Positions 29,201 through 38,406 of a DNA stretch of 64,000 nucleotides are shown one piece after another. Both the position numbers and the translations under genes were made by a program. Position 1 is the first letter of the stretch; each line of letters opens with the position of its first letter. The notes under the pieces were generated by a model that was not told the origin of the DNA, searched no databases, and worked only from the letters and a program-made list of their open reading frames with translations. Source of the stretch: an uncultured Bacteroidota bacterium (GTDB lineage Bacteria > Bacteroidota > Bacteroidia > Chitinophagales > LD1); assembly GCA_903919075.1 (NCBI GenBank), contig CAIXGR010000072.1, positions 1,210-65,209 on the forward strand, in the 5' to 3' direction.

Positions 29201-31885
29201 CATGGTGGTTACCGGCAGGTGTTACAAAATCAAATTTCCGATTTATTGGCTGATCAGGCAAAAGACCAACCCGGTGGCATTTTCGTACGCGCTTCCGAAC
29301 AAATTTCGAATGAAGACAGAATACTTTTCCAAACCGTGGCGCGTGCTATTATTTCAAGCGGCGGCGGCACTTTATTAGATCATGTTAACCGCAAGTTGCC
29401 ACCAAGAGTAGCTGTGCCACTTATTACACCTGTAGAAGAATATGAACACTCTGCATCATCGGTAGCATTACCTAAAGACCTTATTTTCTTCAACGGTTAC
29501 GGCGGCTTTTCAGCCGATGGGCGCGAGTATGTAATTTCAATTGCCAATGGAAAAAATACACCGGCACCATGGTCCAACGTAATTGCCAATCCAAATTTCG
29601 GAACAGTAATTTCTGAAAGTGGCCAGTCGTATACCTGGAGTGAAAACGCTCATGAAATGCGACTTACGCCATGGGAAAATGACTCAGTATGCGATTTGGG
29701 TGGTGAAGCTTTTTATTTGCGCGATGAAGAAACCGGAGAATTTTGGTCAGCTACTCCTCTTCCAAAAAGCGATGGCTCGCCATATATTACAAGACATGGA
29801 TTCGGCTACAGCATTTTTGAACACGAAGAAACGGGTATCCATTCCGAAATGTGTGTGTATGTAGATGTGGAGGCCAGTGTTAAGTTCACCACAATAAAAA
29901 TCAAGAACAATTCGGGCAAGGCACGCCGTATTACAGCAACCGGTTATACCGAATGGGTGCTTGGCGACTTGCGTTCTAAAACTGCTATGTATGTTGTTAC
30001 CGAATTAGACCCTGAGAGTGGCGCATTGTTGGCCAAAAATCCGTACAACACAGAATTTCCTGACCGTGTAGCATTTTTTGATGCCGGTGGTGGAAGCAAA
30101 ACTTATACTGGTGATAGAAATGAATTTTTAGGCCGTAATGGCAGCTTGTCGAACCCGGCTGCTATGTCGCGTACTCGCTTATCTGGTAAAATTGGTGCTG
30201 GGCTTGACCCATGCGCTGCCATACAGGTTTTAGTTGAGTTGGCCGACGGGCAGGAAAAAGAAATTGCTTTTAAACTGGGTGAAGGAAAAAACACCGGCGA
30301 TGCCAGTGCTACTGTGCGCCGGTTCCGTGGTATTGATATTGCGCATGAGGCATTGGAAAAAGTAAAGAACTATTGGAAACACACCACCGATGCCTTGCAT
30401 GTAGAAACACCGGACCCATCTATTAACCTTTTAGCCAACGGATGGCTGAACTATCAAACATTAGCCAGTCGTTTATGGGGTCGCAGTGGCTACTATCAAT
30501 CAGGCGGTGGCTTTGGTTTCAGAGATCAGTTGCAGGATGTTATTTCGCTACTGCATCATGAGCCCCAGTTAGCACGTAAACAAATTATACTTTGCGCTTC
30601 GCGCCAATTTAAAGAGGGCGATGCACAACACTGGTGGCACCCACCTATAGGGCGTGGTGTTAGAACACGTTGCTCGGATGACTTCCTATGGCTGCCTTAT
30701 GTAACCTGCAGATACGTGGCGCGCACCGGTGATAACGACGTATTAAATCAACCGGTATCTTTTTTAGAAGGGCGATTATTAAATCCTGACGAAGAATCAT
30801 ATTATGATTTAGTATCACAATCTGAAGAAACTGCTTCGGTTTATGAGCATTGTGTGCGAGCCATCAGGCATGGCCTTCGTTTTGGTGCACATGGCTTGCC
30901 GTTAATAGGCACCGGTGACTGGAATGATGGCATGGACCGTGTTGGCAAACTTGGAAAAGGAGAAAGCGTATGGCTGGCATTTTTCCTCTATGATATTTTG
31001 AACCGGTTTATTAAAGTAGCACAACTACAAAACGACAATGACTTTGCAAAACAATGCGAAGCAGAAGCGAAATTATTGAGAGAGAATATTGAAAAGAATG
31101 CATGGGATGGTAATTGGTACCGCCGTGCTTATTTTGATGATGGCACTCCGCTGGGCACCTCCACCAATGAAGAATGTCAGATTGATTCTATTGCACAAAG
31201 TTGGTCGGTGCTATCCGGTGCCGGTGGTGCTGAGCGCACAGCAATAGCTTTAGCTTCGGCCGATAAACGCTTGGTTCGAAGTAAGGATAACTTAATTCAA
31301 TTGCTTGATCCGCCTTTCGATAAATCATCATTAGAGCCCGGTTATATAAAAGGCTATGTGCCCGGTGTGCGCGAAAACGGCGGGCAATATACCCATGCCG
31401 CAGTATGGATGACGATGGCCTTTGCTAAAATGGGCGACAACAAACGCGCATGGGAATTACTGAATATGATAAATCCTATCAACCACGGAAGAACGGCTGC
31501 TGAGATTGAAGTTTACAAAGTTGAGCCTTACGTAGCTGCCGGTGATGTATATGCCTTCTCTCCGCACGTTGGCCGTGGTGGATGGACCTGGTATACCGGC
31601 TCGGCAGGATGGATGTACGAATTAATTACGGGCTTACTACTCGGCGTACGGCAAGATGGCGGCGATTTAAGTTTCGCTCCATGCATACCTGCTGAATGGG
31701 AAACCTTTAAATTGCGGTACCGGTATATTAATACTTACTATCAAATTACCTTTAACCAAAAACAGGGTGCCGGAGACATGGTGTTAGTTTTAGACGGAAA
31801 TGAAAAACCTGATAAGATGATTGAGATGGTGGACGATGGGAAGGAGCATGTGGTGGAGGTTAGGGTTTTTGCAGGGAAAAGTTAA
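23210..31885 (+). CDS. ndvB: Cyclic beta-1,2-glucan synthase (Cgs/NdvB/ChvB): GT84 region, TM block, cyclisation (glucoamylase-like) domain and C-terminal GH94 phosphorylase
   Basis: 2891 aa. WMGYERKRGKL, ITLDSDT, GKGIYD, LSHDLLEG, RRHRWIRGD; LPPDNFQE, HRTSPTNIG, STVDSGN, YDLLASEARL, SWSGSMFEYLMP, WGISES; GH94 YQSGGGFGFRDQLQD, GDWNDG, GESVWL, RENGGQYTH. Confidence 0.93.
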   Translation: MKETVYELLTDLKLYFLGNGAPAKYTMEEPLRAELFSSGQMQHYSSGLAKLHKVSKKPLPDRLLIRLADNEKVLLEVRNLLTEAIKDNYLITPAGEWLLDNFYLIEEQVRTAKKHLPKVYSEGLPQLISGPSAGLPRVYDIALEIISHSDGRIDLESLNNFLEAYQSVTPFQLGELWGVPIMLRLALIENLRRVSARIAIDRINRNLADHWAKLFIHTTENDAKNLVLVIADMARSNPPLERAFVAELTRQLSGKGPTLAQPLYWIEERLIENGQTSNELVQDENQNQAADQVSVSNSIGSLRTLGSMDWREFVEHNSFVEHTLRQDKIYSLMDFSTRDHYRHVVERIAKKSTFSEAEVAQVAIRLSQENAKNNGAEDRKSHVGYFLIGDGMEQTEQGAKMPLSVFNKMRRKLKGFPLTIYLGSIFLITMALSALIVYKVYADTEQLWLIIFVGALSLICTGQLAVTLVNFLCTLTVYPKLLPRMDFAYGIPNDAHTLVAIPSMLTNSKDIEDLVEALEVRYLANKDENLQFGLLTDFTDAKEKELPSDNALVELAQQKIEELNSKYGREKNDLFYLFHRPRKWNAGEKIWMGYERKRGKLAELNQLLRGNVRDNFSVIVGELDLLQSVKYIITLDSDTQLPRDSAWKIIGTMAHPLNRAIYNEKKQRVTEGYGILQPRVSVSMTDTDTSLYARINGNEPGLDPYTRATSDVYQDLFNEGSFIGKGIYDLDIFEKALKDKFPENRILSHDLLEGCYARCGLLSDVQLYEKYPTRYDTDMMRRHRWIRGDLQIAAWYTPFVPDKNRHWRANPLSSLSRWKIFDNIRRSLVPIAFTLFVIVAWLFLPAAAIWTLIVTAIVILPVIISAIWDLVRKPKDLILSHHLIVSSRSAGSAAIRTLFTMICLPYEAYISLQVIVQTSWRMMITHRKLLEWVPSAKAERSKQKTLFNSYLSMWVEALLGICIAVYLMRTSPVTLDIAGPILFLWIIAPYITWWVSKPLARQVAELSAEGKIFLQKLARKTWTFFEVFVTPAENWLPPDNFQEVPTAVIAHRTSPTNIGLSLLSNLTAYDFGYITPGEFIERSTGTIATLQKMERYSGHFYNWYDTLSLKPLWPRYISTVDSGNFAGHMLTLRQGIIALPDQKVADVKLLNGITDTFRVLADTVEQKDLANLRPFKAALEKLASFQPKNLSDVKHSLTELLNSFAPVTKNITTNTESETYRWCEILTKQIEKHIDELNTVAPWILLTNPPIKFNNLYAFNHIPSLNELAGIDVLLVSEINSLENTANTIEENNWLNAFKTSLTEASKRANEKIVALELLATQCTELANMEYDFLYDKAKHLLTIGYNVEEHRSDPSFYDLLASEARLSTFVGIAQGKLPQESWFALSRLLTNAGGRPILLSWSGSMFEYLMPILVMPSYENTLLSQTDKAAVQRQIEYGQQRGVPWGISESCYNMVDAALNYQYRAFGVPGLGLKRGLGDDLVIAPYATAMALMVEPEKAFENLKTMAAEGFEGKYGFYEAVDYTPSRLQRGQTNVVIQSYMAHHHGMSFLSMAYLLLNKPMQQRFEAEPQFQATLLLLQERIPKATSFFAHTTDLIENITTPSEPEIRIINTPDTAMPGIQLLSNGKYHVMLTNAGGGYSRWKDLAVTRWREDGTRDNWGTFCYIRDVDTGAFWSTSYQPTLQKLKNYEAAFSQGRADFRGSYNKIETHTEIVVSPEDDIEMRRIHITNRSGRTKTIDVTSYAEVVIAPAAADAMHPAFGNLFVQTEIIPGKNAIFCTRRPRSVDEKQPWMLHLMKVHGKNADEVSYETDRLAFIGRGKTLANPDAMKKAGPLSGGQGSVLDPIVAVRHRITLEPDEKVEIDMITGIGETREICQNLADKYQDKHHKDRVFELAWTHNQVVLRQINATEGDAQLYSRLANSVIFVNPALRAEQAILVKNNRGQSGLWPYSISGDLPIVLLKIEEHTEIELVRQMVQAHTYWRLKGLTVDLVIWNDSHGGYRQVLQNQISDLLADQAKDQPGGIFVRASEQISNEDRILFQTVARAIISSGGGTLLDHVNRKLPPRVAVPLITPVEEYEHSASSVALPKDLIFFNGYGGFSADGREYVISIANGKNTPAPWSNVIANPNFGTVISESGQSYTWSENAHEMRLTPWENDSVCDLGGEAFYLRDEETGEFWSATPLPKSDGSPYITRHGFGYSIFEHEETGIHSEMCVYVDVEASVKFTTIKIKNNSGKARRITATGYTEWVLGDLRSKTAMYVVTELDPESGALLAKNPYNTEFPDRVAFFDAGGGSKTYTGDRNEFLGRNGSLSNPAAMSRTRLSGKIGAGLDPCAAIQVLVELADGQEKEIAFKLGEGKNTGDASATVRRFRGIDIAHEALEKVKNYWKHTTDALHVETPDPSINLLANGWLNYQTLASRLWGRSGYYQSGGGFGFRDQLQDVISLLHHEPQLARKQIILCASRQFKEGDAQHWWHPPIGRGVRTRCSDDFLWLPYVTCRYVARTGDNDVLNQPVSFLEGRLLNPDEESYYDLVSQSEETASVYEHCVRAIRHGLRFGAHGLPLIGTGDWNDGMDRVGKLGKGESVWLAFFLYDILNRFIKVAQLQNDNDFAKQCEAEAKLLRENIEKNAWDGNWYRRAYFDDGTPLGTSTNEECQIDSIAQSWSVLSGAGGAERTAIALASADKRLVRSKDNLIQLLDPPFDKSSLEPGYIKGYVPGVRENGGQYTHAAVWMTMAFAKMGDNKRAWELLNMINPINHGRTAAEIEVYKVEPYVAAGDVYAFSPHVGRGGWTWYTGSAGWMYELITGLLLGVRQDGGDLSFAPCIPAEWETFKLRYRYINTYYQITFNQKQGAGDMVLVLDGNEKPDKMIEMVDDGKEHVVEVRVFAGKS

Positions 31886-31923
31886 CCATGTAAATTATTT
31901 TAAAAAATTAGCGCCATTTAGCA

Positions 31924-31952
31924 TATAAATAATTGTATATCAATTATTTATA
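31924..31952. repeat. Perfect 12-bp AT-rich inverted repeat (TATAAATAATTG-tatat-CAATTATTTATA) between cgs and tkt
   Basis: Arms 31924-31935 and 31941-31952 are exact reverse complements, starting ~40 bp after the cgs stop. Confidence 0.5.
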
Positions 31953-32153
31953 CGCTATTTTATTATTTTGCATACCCTCATTTATTTGATAAACCTTTGG
32001 CACCCTTTTCTTTAATAAAAAGGTAAAGAATATTGAAAAAGGCACCTCATAATCACCGCATTTTGTATTTTCAACCCTGATTTTTACACCCTCCAAAAAT
32101 ATTTACGACAACACATATCATTCACCTTAAATATTGTAGCAAAATATTAAACT

Positions 32154-34166
32154 ATGAAAGAAGTATCGCTCGAAGTAAAATGTATTGATACCATCCGTTG
32201 CCTTTCTATGGACGCTGTGCAAAAAGCAAACTCGGGCCACCCCGGTACGCCAATGGCTTTGGCACCTGCGGCTTACGCTTTGTGGACACAGCACCTTCGC
32301 TTCAATCCAAAAAACCCTTTGTGGTTTAATCGCGATAGGTTTGTTCTTTCATGCGGTCATGCTTCCATGTTGCAATATTCTGTTCTGCACCTTACCGGTT
32401 ATGCAATTTCGTTAGATGACATAAAAAATTTCCGCCAGTGGGAAAGCAATACCCCGGGCCACCCCGAACATGGAATGACTCCGGGTATTGAAACTACCAC
32501 TGGCCCATTAGGACAAGGATTTATGACAGCTGTAGGCATGGCCATTGCCGAAACACATATGGCTGCAGTCTTCAATAAAAAAGATAACACTATTGTTGAC
32601 CATCACACTTACGTTTTTTGCAGCGATGGCGATTTGATGGAAGGTGCTTCTCATGAAGCGGCATCAGTAGCAGGACACTTAGGCTTAGGCAAACTGATTT
32701 GCCTTTACGATGACAACCATATTTCTATTGAAGGAAATACTGACTTAACTTTTTCTGAAGATATCAGCAAACGCTTCGAGGCTTATAACTGGCATGTAAT
32801 TAATTTGGGAGACAGGGGAAATGATGTGCAAGCCATTTCAGATGCTTTTGAAGCTTCCAAAAAAGAAACCGGTAAGCCTTCAATGATTATTTTAAGAACC
32901 CACATTGGTTATGGTTCGCCACATAAAGAAGATACCGCCAAAGCTCATGGCTCTCCACTAGGTGAGGAAGAAATAAAACTAACTAAAAAGTTTTACGGCT
33001 GGCCAGAAGACAAACAATTTTTAGTGCCTGCCGATGTGAAATCTTTTATGCTGCAAGCTGTTGGCAAAGGGAAGGAAACAGAAAAAGCTTGGACCGAAAG
33101 TTTGAATAGCTACAAAAAACAATATCCCGATTTATATAAAAAGTTTCAACAATATTTAAAACAGGAGTTGCCGCAAAATTGGGATGAAGAAATACCAAAA
33201 TATAAAGCTACCGATGGCGCTAAAGCTACCCGCTCAGTTTCGGCTGATGTTATTAATGCCGTTGCAGGCCGCCTGCCTTGGTTAATGGGCGGCAGTGCCG
33301 ATTTGGAGCCATCTACCGAAACCATGATTAAATCATCAGGCTATTTTTCGAAAGAGAAATACGAAAATCGGAATATGGCTTGGGGCATTCGTGAGCACAA
33401 CATGTGCGCTGCGAGCTCCGGTATGATGTTGCACGGCGGCGTTCGCCCTTTTGCCGCTACGTTTTTTGTGTTTACTGATTATGCCCGTCCTGCAATTCGC
33501 TTAGCCAGTGTAATGAAGTTACCAGTTATATATGTAATGACACATGATTCTATCGGATTAGGCGAAGACGGCACTACCCATCAACCGGTAGAGCATTTAG
33601 CGTCGTTACGTGCCATGCCTGATTTGCATACAATTCGCCCGGCAGATGCTAACGAAGCAGCCGAAGCATGGCGAGCCGCTATTCAAAGAACCGATGGGCC
33701 TACTATGTTGGTGCTTACCCGTCAGAAGCTGCCTATTTTTGATACAGCCAAAGTTGGGGCTGCTAAAAACTTACACAAAGGCGCTTACATTCTATCTGAA
33801 GCAAAAAACAAAAAACCGAAGTTGATTTTAATAGCCACCGGTTCCGAAGTGCATTTGATTTTAGAGGCACAACAACAACTCGAGAAAAAAGGCATCAGCG
33901 CACGTGTGGTAAGCATGCCTTGCTGGGAATTGTTCCGCAATCAAACGCCTAAATATCGCGATAGCGTATTGCCTTCTACTGTAAAAGCAAGGCTGGCTGT
34001 TGAAACCGGCTCGGCACAAGGATGGCACGAATGGGTGGGTGATAGCGGACAAATAATAGCCATGCATAAATTTGGTGCCAGCGCACCCGATAAAGTGCTT
34101 TTTGAAAAATATGGATTTACAGTAGCCAATGTTGTAAAAACAGCATTGAAAATGTTTAAAAAATAA
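32154..34166 (+). CDS. tkt: Transketolase
   Basis: ANSGHPG, RDRFVLSCGH, TTGPLGQG, ThDP motif SDGDLMEG, THDSIGLGEDG.THQPVE. Confidence 0.97.
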   Translation: MKEVSLEVKCIDTIRCLSMDAVQKANSGHPGTPMALAPAAYALWTQHLRFNPKNPLWFNRDRFVLSCGHASMLQYSVLHLTGYAISLDDIKNFRQWESNTPGHPEHGMTPGIETTTGPLGQGFMTAVGMAIAETHMAAVFNKKDNTIVDHHTYVFCSDGDLMEGASHEAASVAGHLGLGKLICLYDDNHISIEGNTDLTFSEDISKRFEAYNWHVINLGDRGNDVQAISDAFEASKKETGKPSMIILRTHIGYGSPHKEDTAKAHGSPLGEEEIKLTKKFYGWPEDKQFLVPADVKSFMLQAVGKGKETEKAWTESLNSYKKQYPDLYKKFQQYLKQELPQNWDEEIPKYKATDGAKATRSVSADVINAVAGRLPWLMGGSADLEPSTETMIKSSGYFSKEKYENRNMAWGIREHNMCAASSGMMLHGGVRPFAATFFVFTDYARPAIRLASVMKLPVIYVMTHDSIGLGEDGTTHQPVEHLASLRAMPDLHTIRPADANEAAEAWRAAIQRTDGPTMLVLTRQKLPIFDTAKVGAAKNLHKGAYILSEAKNKKPKLILIATGSEVHLILEAQQQLEKKGISARVVSMPCWELFRNQTPKYRDSVLPSTVKARLAVETGSAQGWHEWVGDSGQIIAMHKFGASAPDKVLFEKYGFTVANVVKTALKMFKK

Positions 34167-34170
34167 TTTT

Positions 34171-34635
34171 ATGAAAGTGGCTATTGCGGCAGATCATGCC
34201 GGCTTTAATTACAAAACTTTACTAATCCCTGTTCTGCAACAGGCCGGGTACGAAGTTTTGGATTTAGGCACCCATAGCACTGCCCCAACCGATTATCCGG
34301 ACCAGGCTGCAGATATTGCCATGTCTCTTTTAAAATCAAAAGCCCAAAGAGGCGTTATAATTTGTGGAAGTGGTATTGGCGTAAGCGTGGCGGCTAATAA
34401 ATTTAAAGGCATCCGTGCCGGTGTTTGTCATGATACCTATTCGGCGCACCAATGTGTTGAACATGATGACGCCAATGTATTATGCCTTGGCGAACGGGTT
34501 ATAGGAACAGCCCTGGCGCTGGAAATAGTTCTTACTTTTTTAAAAGCGCAATACAGCCACGCACCCCGCCATCAAAAACGGTTGGATAAAATAATTGCCT
34601 TGGAAAATAAAAATATGAAGGAGACAAAATTATGA
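34171..34635 (+). CDS. rpiB: Ribose-5-phosphate isomerase B
   Basis: AADHAG, DYPD, ICGSGIG.SVAANK, EHDDANVLCLGERVIG, RHQKRLDKI. Confidence 0.95.
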   Translation: MKVAIAADHAGFNYKTLLIPVLQQAGYEVLDLGTHSTAPTDYPDQAADIAMSLLKSKAQRGVIICGSGIGVSVAANKFKGIRAGVCHDTYSAHQCVEHDDANVLCLGERVIGTALALEIVLTFLKAQYSHAPRHQKRLDKIIALENKNMKETKL

Positions 34636-36341
34636 GTACCGCATCTGCTCAACAAATAAACCCCGGCCAGCTAAAAAGCGAACTTGAAAGTACCTATACA
34701 GCATTGAATGACAAACAGGCAGCCAAGCACCTGTTTGATAAAGACCCTGGTTTATGGAAAACTGATAGTGGGCAAAAACAAAAAATAAATGCACGATTAG
34801 GCTGGCTCAACCTTCCAAACAATGCCGATGAACTGATTGATTTTTCGACACAAATAAAAAACGAAGGTTTTAAACACGCAGTGCTACTGGGCATGGGCGG
34901 CAGTAGTTTATGTTCCGAGGTAGCGCGTCAAACATTTGGTAGTGCTAAAGGCTACCCAGAGTTATTAGTGTTAGATAATACCGCTCCATCTGCCATTATA
35001 AGTATTGAAAAACAAATAGATATTGAAAAAACTCTTTTCATCGCTGCCAGCAAATCTGGCAATACTACCGAGACATTAAGCTTCTTCAAATATTTTTATG
35101 CTCAGCTTGAAAACAAAGAAATAGCCAACCCCGGTAATAACTTTGTAGCTATAACCGACGATGGAACACCTTTAGTAAAAACAGCCGCCGAATATAAATT
35201 CAGAAAAGTATTCATCAATCCTTCAGATATCGGCGGTCGGTATTCGGTGCTTTCAAATTTTGGTTTATTGCCCATGGCATTAATGGGTATTGATATAAAA
35301 GCCCTATTGGCAAGTGCGCAACAAATGAAAGAAAACAGCAACCCAGGTGTACCGGTGGCGCTTAACCCCGGCATTAGCCTTGGTGCAGTTTTGGGCACTG
35401 CCCAACAACAGGAACGCGATAAAGTAACTTTTGTATTATCGTCTTCGATTAAAGCCTTCGGATATTGGGTTGAACAATTAATAGCCGAAAGCACCGGCAA
35501 AGAAGGCAAAGGATTAATACCTGATGCCGGTGAAACCTTAGGCTCTCCTGAGGTTTATCAAAACGACAGAATTTTCGTACACTTGTATTTGCCCTCAGAT
35601 GACAACAAAAATAACTTCGAAAAATTATCCGCATTAGCACAACAGGGTCATCCGGTAGTAAGCATTGAAGTGGCAGATAAAGCAGCATTGGGTGGAGAAT
35701 ATTTCCGTTGGGAAGTGGCTACTGCCATTGCCGGTGCTGTAATTGGCATCAACCCTTTCGATGAGCCAAATGTGGCTGAAGGAAAAAAGAATACTAATGA
35801 TTTATTGGATGAGTGGCTAAAAAAGGGTTCCTTCAAAAAACTACAACCGGTAATACATGAAGGCAATATTTCAGTTTATGGAAATGAAAAAGAACCGGGA
35901 ACCGGGAACCCCGCTGTGCTGAAAGATTTTATAAACAACTTTACATCACAGGCAAAAACCGGTGATTACATAGCTCTGTTAGCCTATTTCGAAGAAACAG
36001 ACCAGCGTGATGAAATGCTGCAAACGTGCCGCATGCAAATGCGCGATAAACTAAAAGTAGCTGTAACACTAGGTTATGGACCACGTTATTTACATTCCAC
36101 CGGCCAGCTGCATAAAGGCGGGCCCGACACAGGTGTATATGTTATATTAACCGGCGATGAACAAGCCGATGTTCCGATTCCCGGAGGACAATATGGTTTT
36201 GGCACTTTGCACCGGGCACAATCATTAGGCGATTTCAGATCGTTAAGCGATAAAGGACGCAGAGTTATTTATATAGAATTAGGAAAAAATATTGATACCG
36301 GTTTAAAAGAATTATATAAGGTAGTGTGCGGTACTGAATAG
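34632..36341 (+). CDS. pgi: Glucose-6-phosphate isomerase (type found as the C-terminal half of Tal-Pgi fusions)
   Basis: RLGWL, LLGMGGSSL, SKSGNTTE, IGGRYSVLS, WVEQLIAESTGKEGKG, NPFDEPNV, GPRYLHSTGQLHKGGP. Confidence 0.85.
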   Translation: MSTASAQQINPGQLKSELESTYTALNDKQAAKHLFDKDPGLWKTDSGQKQKINARLGWLNLPNNADELIDFSTQIKNEGFKHAVLLGMGGSSLCSEVARQTFGSAKGYPELLVLDNTAPSAIISIEKQIDIEKTLFIAASKSGNTTETLSFFKYFYAQLENKEIANPGNNFVAITDDGTPLVKTAAEYKFRKVFINPSDIGGRYSVLSNFGLLPMALMGIDIKALLASAQQMKENSNPGVPVALNPGISLGAVLGTAQQQERDKVTFVLSSSIKAFGYWVEQLIAESTGKEGKGLIPDAGETLGSPEVYQNDRIFVHLYLPSDDNKNNFEKLSALAQQGHPVVSIEVADKAALGGEYFRWEVATAIAGAVIGINPFDEPNVAEGKKNTNDLLDEWLKKGSFKKLQPVIHEGNISVYGNEKEPGTGNPAVLKDFINNFTSQAKTGDYIALLAYFEETDQRDEMLQTCRMQMRDKLKVAVTLGYGPRYLHSTGQLHKGGPDTGVYVILTGDEQADVPIPGGQYGFGTLHRAQSLGDFRSLSDKGRRVIYIELGKNIDTGLKELYKVVCGTE

Positions 36342-36359
36342 TCGCAAGTTTTGACTAAC

Positions 36360-36965
36360 ATGAAGATGAATAAAATTACCACTTTGTTTCTCGATATAGG
36401 AGGCGTGCTGCTTACCAATGGCTGGGGCCGTGAGCAAAGGCAAGTTGCTATCGAAAAATTTGATCTTAACAAAGATGAAATTAATGACCGCAACAGCTTG
36501 ATTTGGGATACTTACGAAGCCGGCAAACTAAACCTGGATGATTATCTCGACTTTGTTGTGTTTTATCAAAAAAGAGATTTCTCTAAAAAGGAATTTACTG
36601 ATTTTATTATGGCTCAATCGCAACCGTTAGATGGGGCGATTGAATATTTTAAAACCCTGAAAAAAGAACGCGGATACAAAATTATTGCCCTTAGTAATGA
36701 AGTTCGAGAATTGAACGAATACCGGATTGAGAAATATAAACTTAATGAGCTATTCGATTTTTATATATCTTCTTGTTACGTGCATTTACGAAAACCGGCG
36801 CCTGATATTTACAATCTGGCTTTTGATACTGCGCAAATCAGTAAAAGCGAAGCTGTTTATATTGATGACCGGTTGCCATATATTGAAATGGCAATAAAAT
36901 TGGGTATTACAAGTTTACATTACACTGGTGTAGAAAGTGCGCAAGCATATTTTAAGAACATCTGA
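36360..36965 (+). CDS. HAD family phosphatase (YihX/glucose-1-phosphatase-like)
   Basis: Motif I FLDIGGVLL, LSNE, RKPAPDIY, YIDDR. Substrate is inferred from context only. Confidence 0.85.
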   Translation: MKMNKITTLFLDIGGVLLTNGWGREQRQVAIEKFDLNKDEINDRNSLIWDTYEAGKLNLDDYLDFVVFYQKRDFSKKEFTDFIMAQSQPLDGAIEYFKTLKKERGYKIIALSNEVRELNEYRIEKYKLNELFDFYISSCYVHLRKPAPDIYNLAFDTAQISKSEAVYIDDRLPYIEMAIKLGITSLHYTGVESAQAYFKNI

Positions 36966-36982
36966 TATTAAAAGACAAAACA

Positions 36983-38404
36983 ATGGCAGAGCAACAATAC
37001 GATTATGGAATGATAGGCCTCGGCACCATGGGCCGAAATTTGGTTTATAATATGTGCGACCATGGATACAGTGTAGCAGGATTTGATAAAGATGCAGCGC
37101 AGGTAACAACATTTCAAAACGAAGCAAAAGGCAAAACCGTTTTCGGAACTGCTGATTTGAATGAATTTATTGCAGCGCTAAAAAGCCCACGCACTATATT
37201 AATGCTGGTGCCCGCCGGTGCTGTGGTTGATATAGTTATTGATGAATTAAAACCACTGCTCTCAAAATATGATATGCTGATAGACTGTGGTAATTCTCAC
37301 TTTACCGATACTGATAAGCGTCTTGAATCTTTAGCTAAAGAAAACCTGCATTTTATGGGCGTAGGTGTTTCAGGTGGCGAAGATGGTGCCCGTTTTGGCC
37401 CAAGTATTATGCCCGGCGGAACACAACAAATTTATTCACGGGTAGGCCCTATGCTCGAAGCAATTTCGGCTAAAGTAAATAACGAGCCCTGTGTAACTTA
37501 CCTAGGCCCCGGCTCATCGGGCCATTACGTAAAAATGGTTCACAATGGTATTGAGTATGGTTTAATGCAGCTTATTTCCGAAGCCTATCATTTATTGAAA
37601 GAAGTTGGAGGCTTAAACAATGATGAACTGCATGAAGTGTTTTCAAAATGGAACGAAGGGCCTTTGCAGTCTTTTCTGATTGAAATCACAGCAACCATTT
37701 TTTCACAGAAAGATGAATTGACGAACAACAGCCTTATAGATATGATTTTGGATGGTGCCAAGCAAAAAGGCACCGGTAAATGGACCTCGCAAAACGCTAT
37801 GGATTTAGGAATACCAGTCCCTTCAATCGATGTAGCTGTAACCGCTCGCGAAATATCTTCTTTTAAAGAAGAGCGTGCATCTGCGCAGAAAAAACTAAAC
37901 GGGCCTGAGCAAAACGTAACTACAGATAAAAACGAACTAGTAAAATCATTAGAACAAGCTCTTCTTTTCTCAATGATTACTACCTATGCACAAGGCATGA
38001 ATTTAATGCAACACGCATCGGTGGAATTAAAATACAATTTAAAGTTGGAAGATGTGGCGCGCATCTGGCGTGGCGGATGCATTATACGAGCCACGCTGTT
38101 AGAAAATATTCGCACTGCGTATTCAAAACAACCGGCTTTAGCAAATATTATGGTCGATGATTATTTTGCAAATCAGCTAGCGCAGTCGCAAACCGGTATT
38201 CGTAAAATAATTCAACTTGCTACTACTACCGGCATACCCATGCCCGTTATGATGTCATCATTATCGTATTACGATAGCTACCGGCACGGTTGGCTACCCG
38301 CAAATTTAATACAAGCACAGCGCGATTATTTTGGTGCACATACATACGAGCGCACTGACCGCAAAGGAATTTTCCACACAAAATGGACTCAAAAACAAAA
38401 ATAG
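36983..38404 (+). CDS. gnd: 6-phosphogluconate dehydrogenase, NADP-dependent, decarboxylating
   Basis: [59 protein letters not shown]. Confidence 0.97.
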   Translation: MAEQQYDYGMIGLGTMGRNLVYNMCDHGYSVAGFDKDAAQVTTFQNEAKGKTVFGTADLNEFIAALKSPRTILMLVPAGAVVDIVIDELKPLLSKYDMLIDCGNSHFTDTDKRLESLAKENLHFMGVGVSGGEDGARFGPSIMPGGTQQIYSRVGPMLEAISAKVNNEPCVTYLGPGSSGHYVKMVHNGIEYGLMQLISEAYHLLKEVGGLNNDELHEVFSKWNEGPLQSFLIEITATIFSQKDELTNNSLIDMILDGAKQKGTGKWTSQNAMDLGIPVPSIDVAVTAREISSFKEERASAQKKLNGPEQNVTTDKNELVKSLEQALLFSMITTYAQGMNLMQHASVELKYNLKLEDVARIWRGGCIIRATLLENIRTAYSKQPALANIMVDDYFANQLAQSQTGIRKIIQLATTTGIPMPVMMSSLSYYDSYRHGWLPANLIQAQRDYFGAHTYERTDRKGIFHTKWTQKQK

Positions 38405-38406
38405 AA

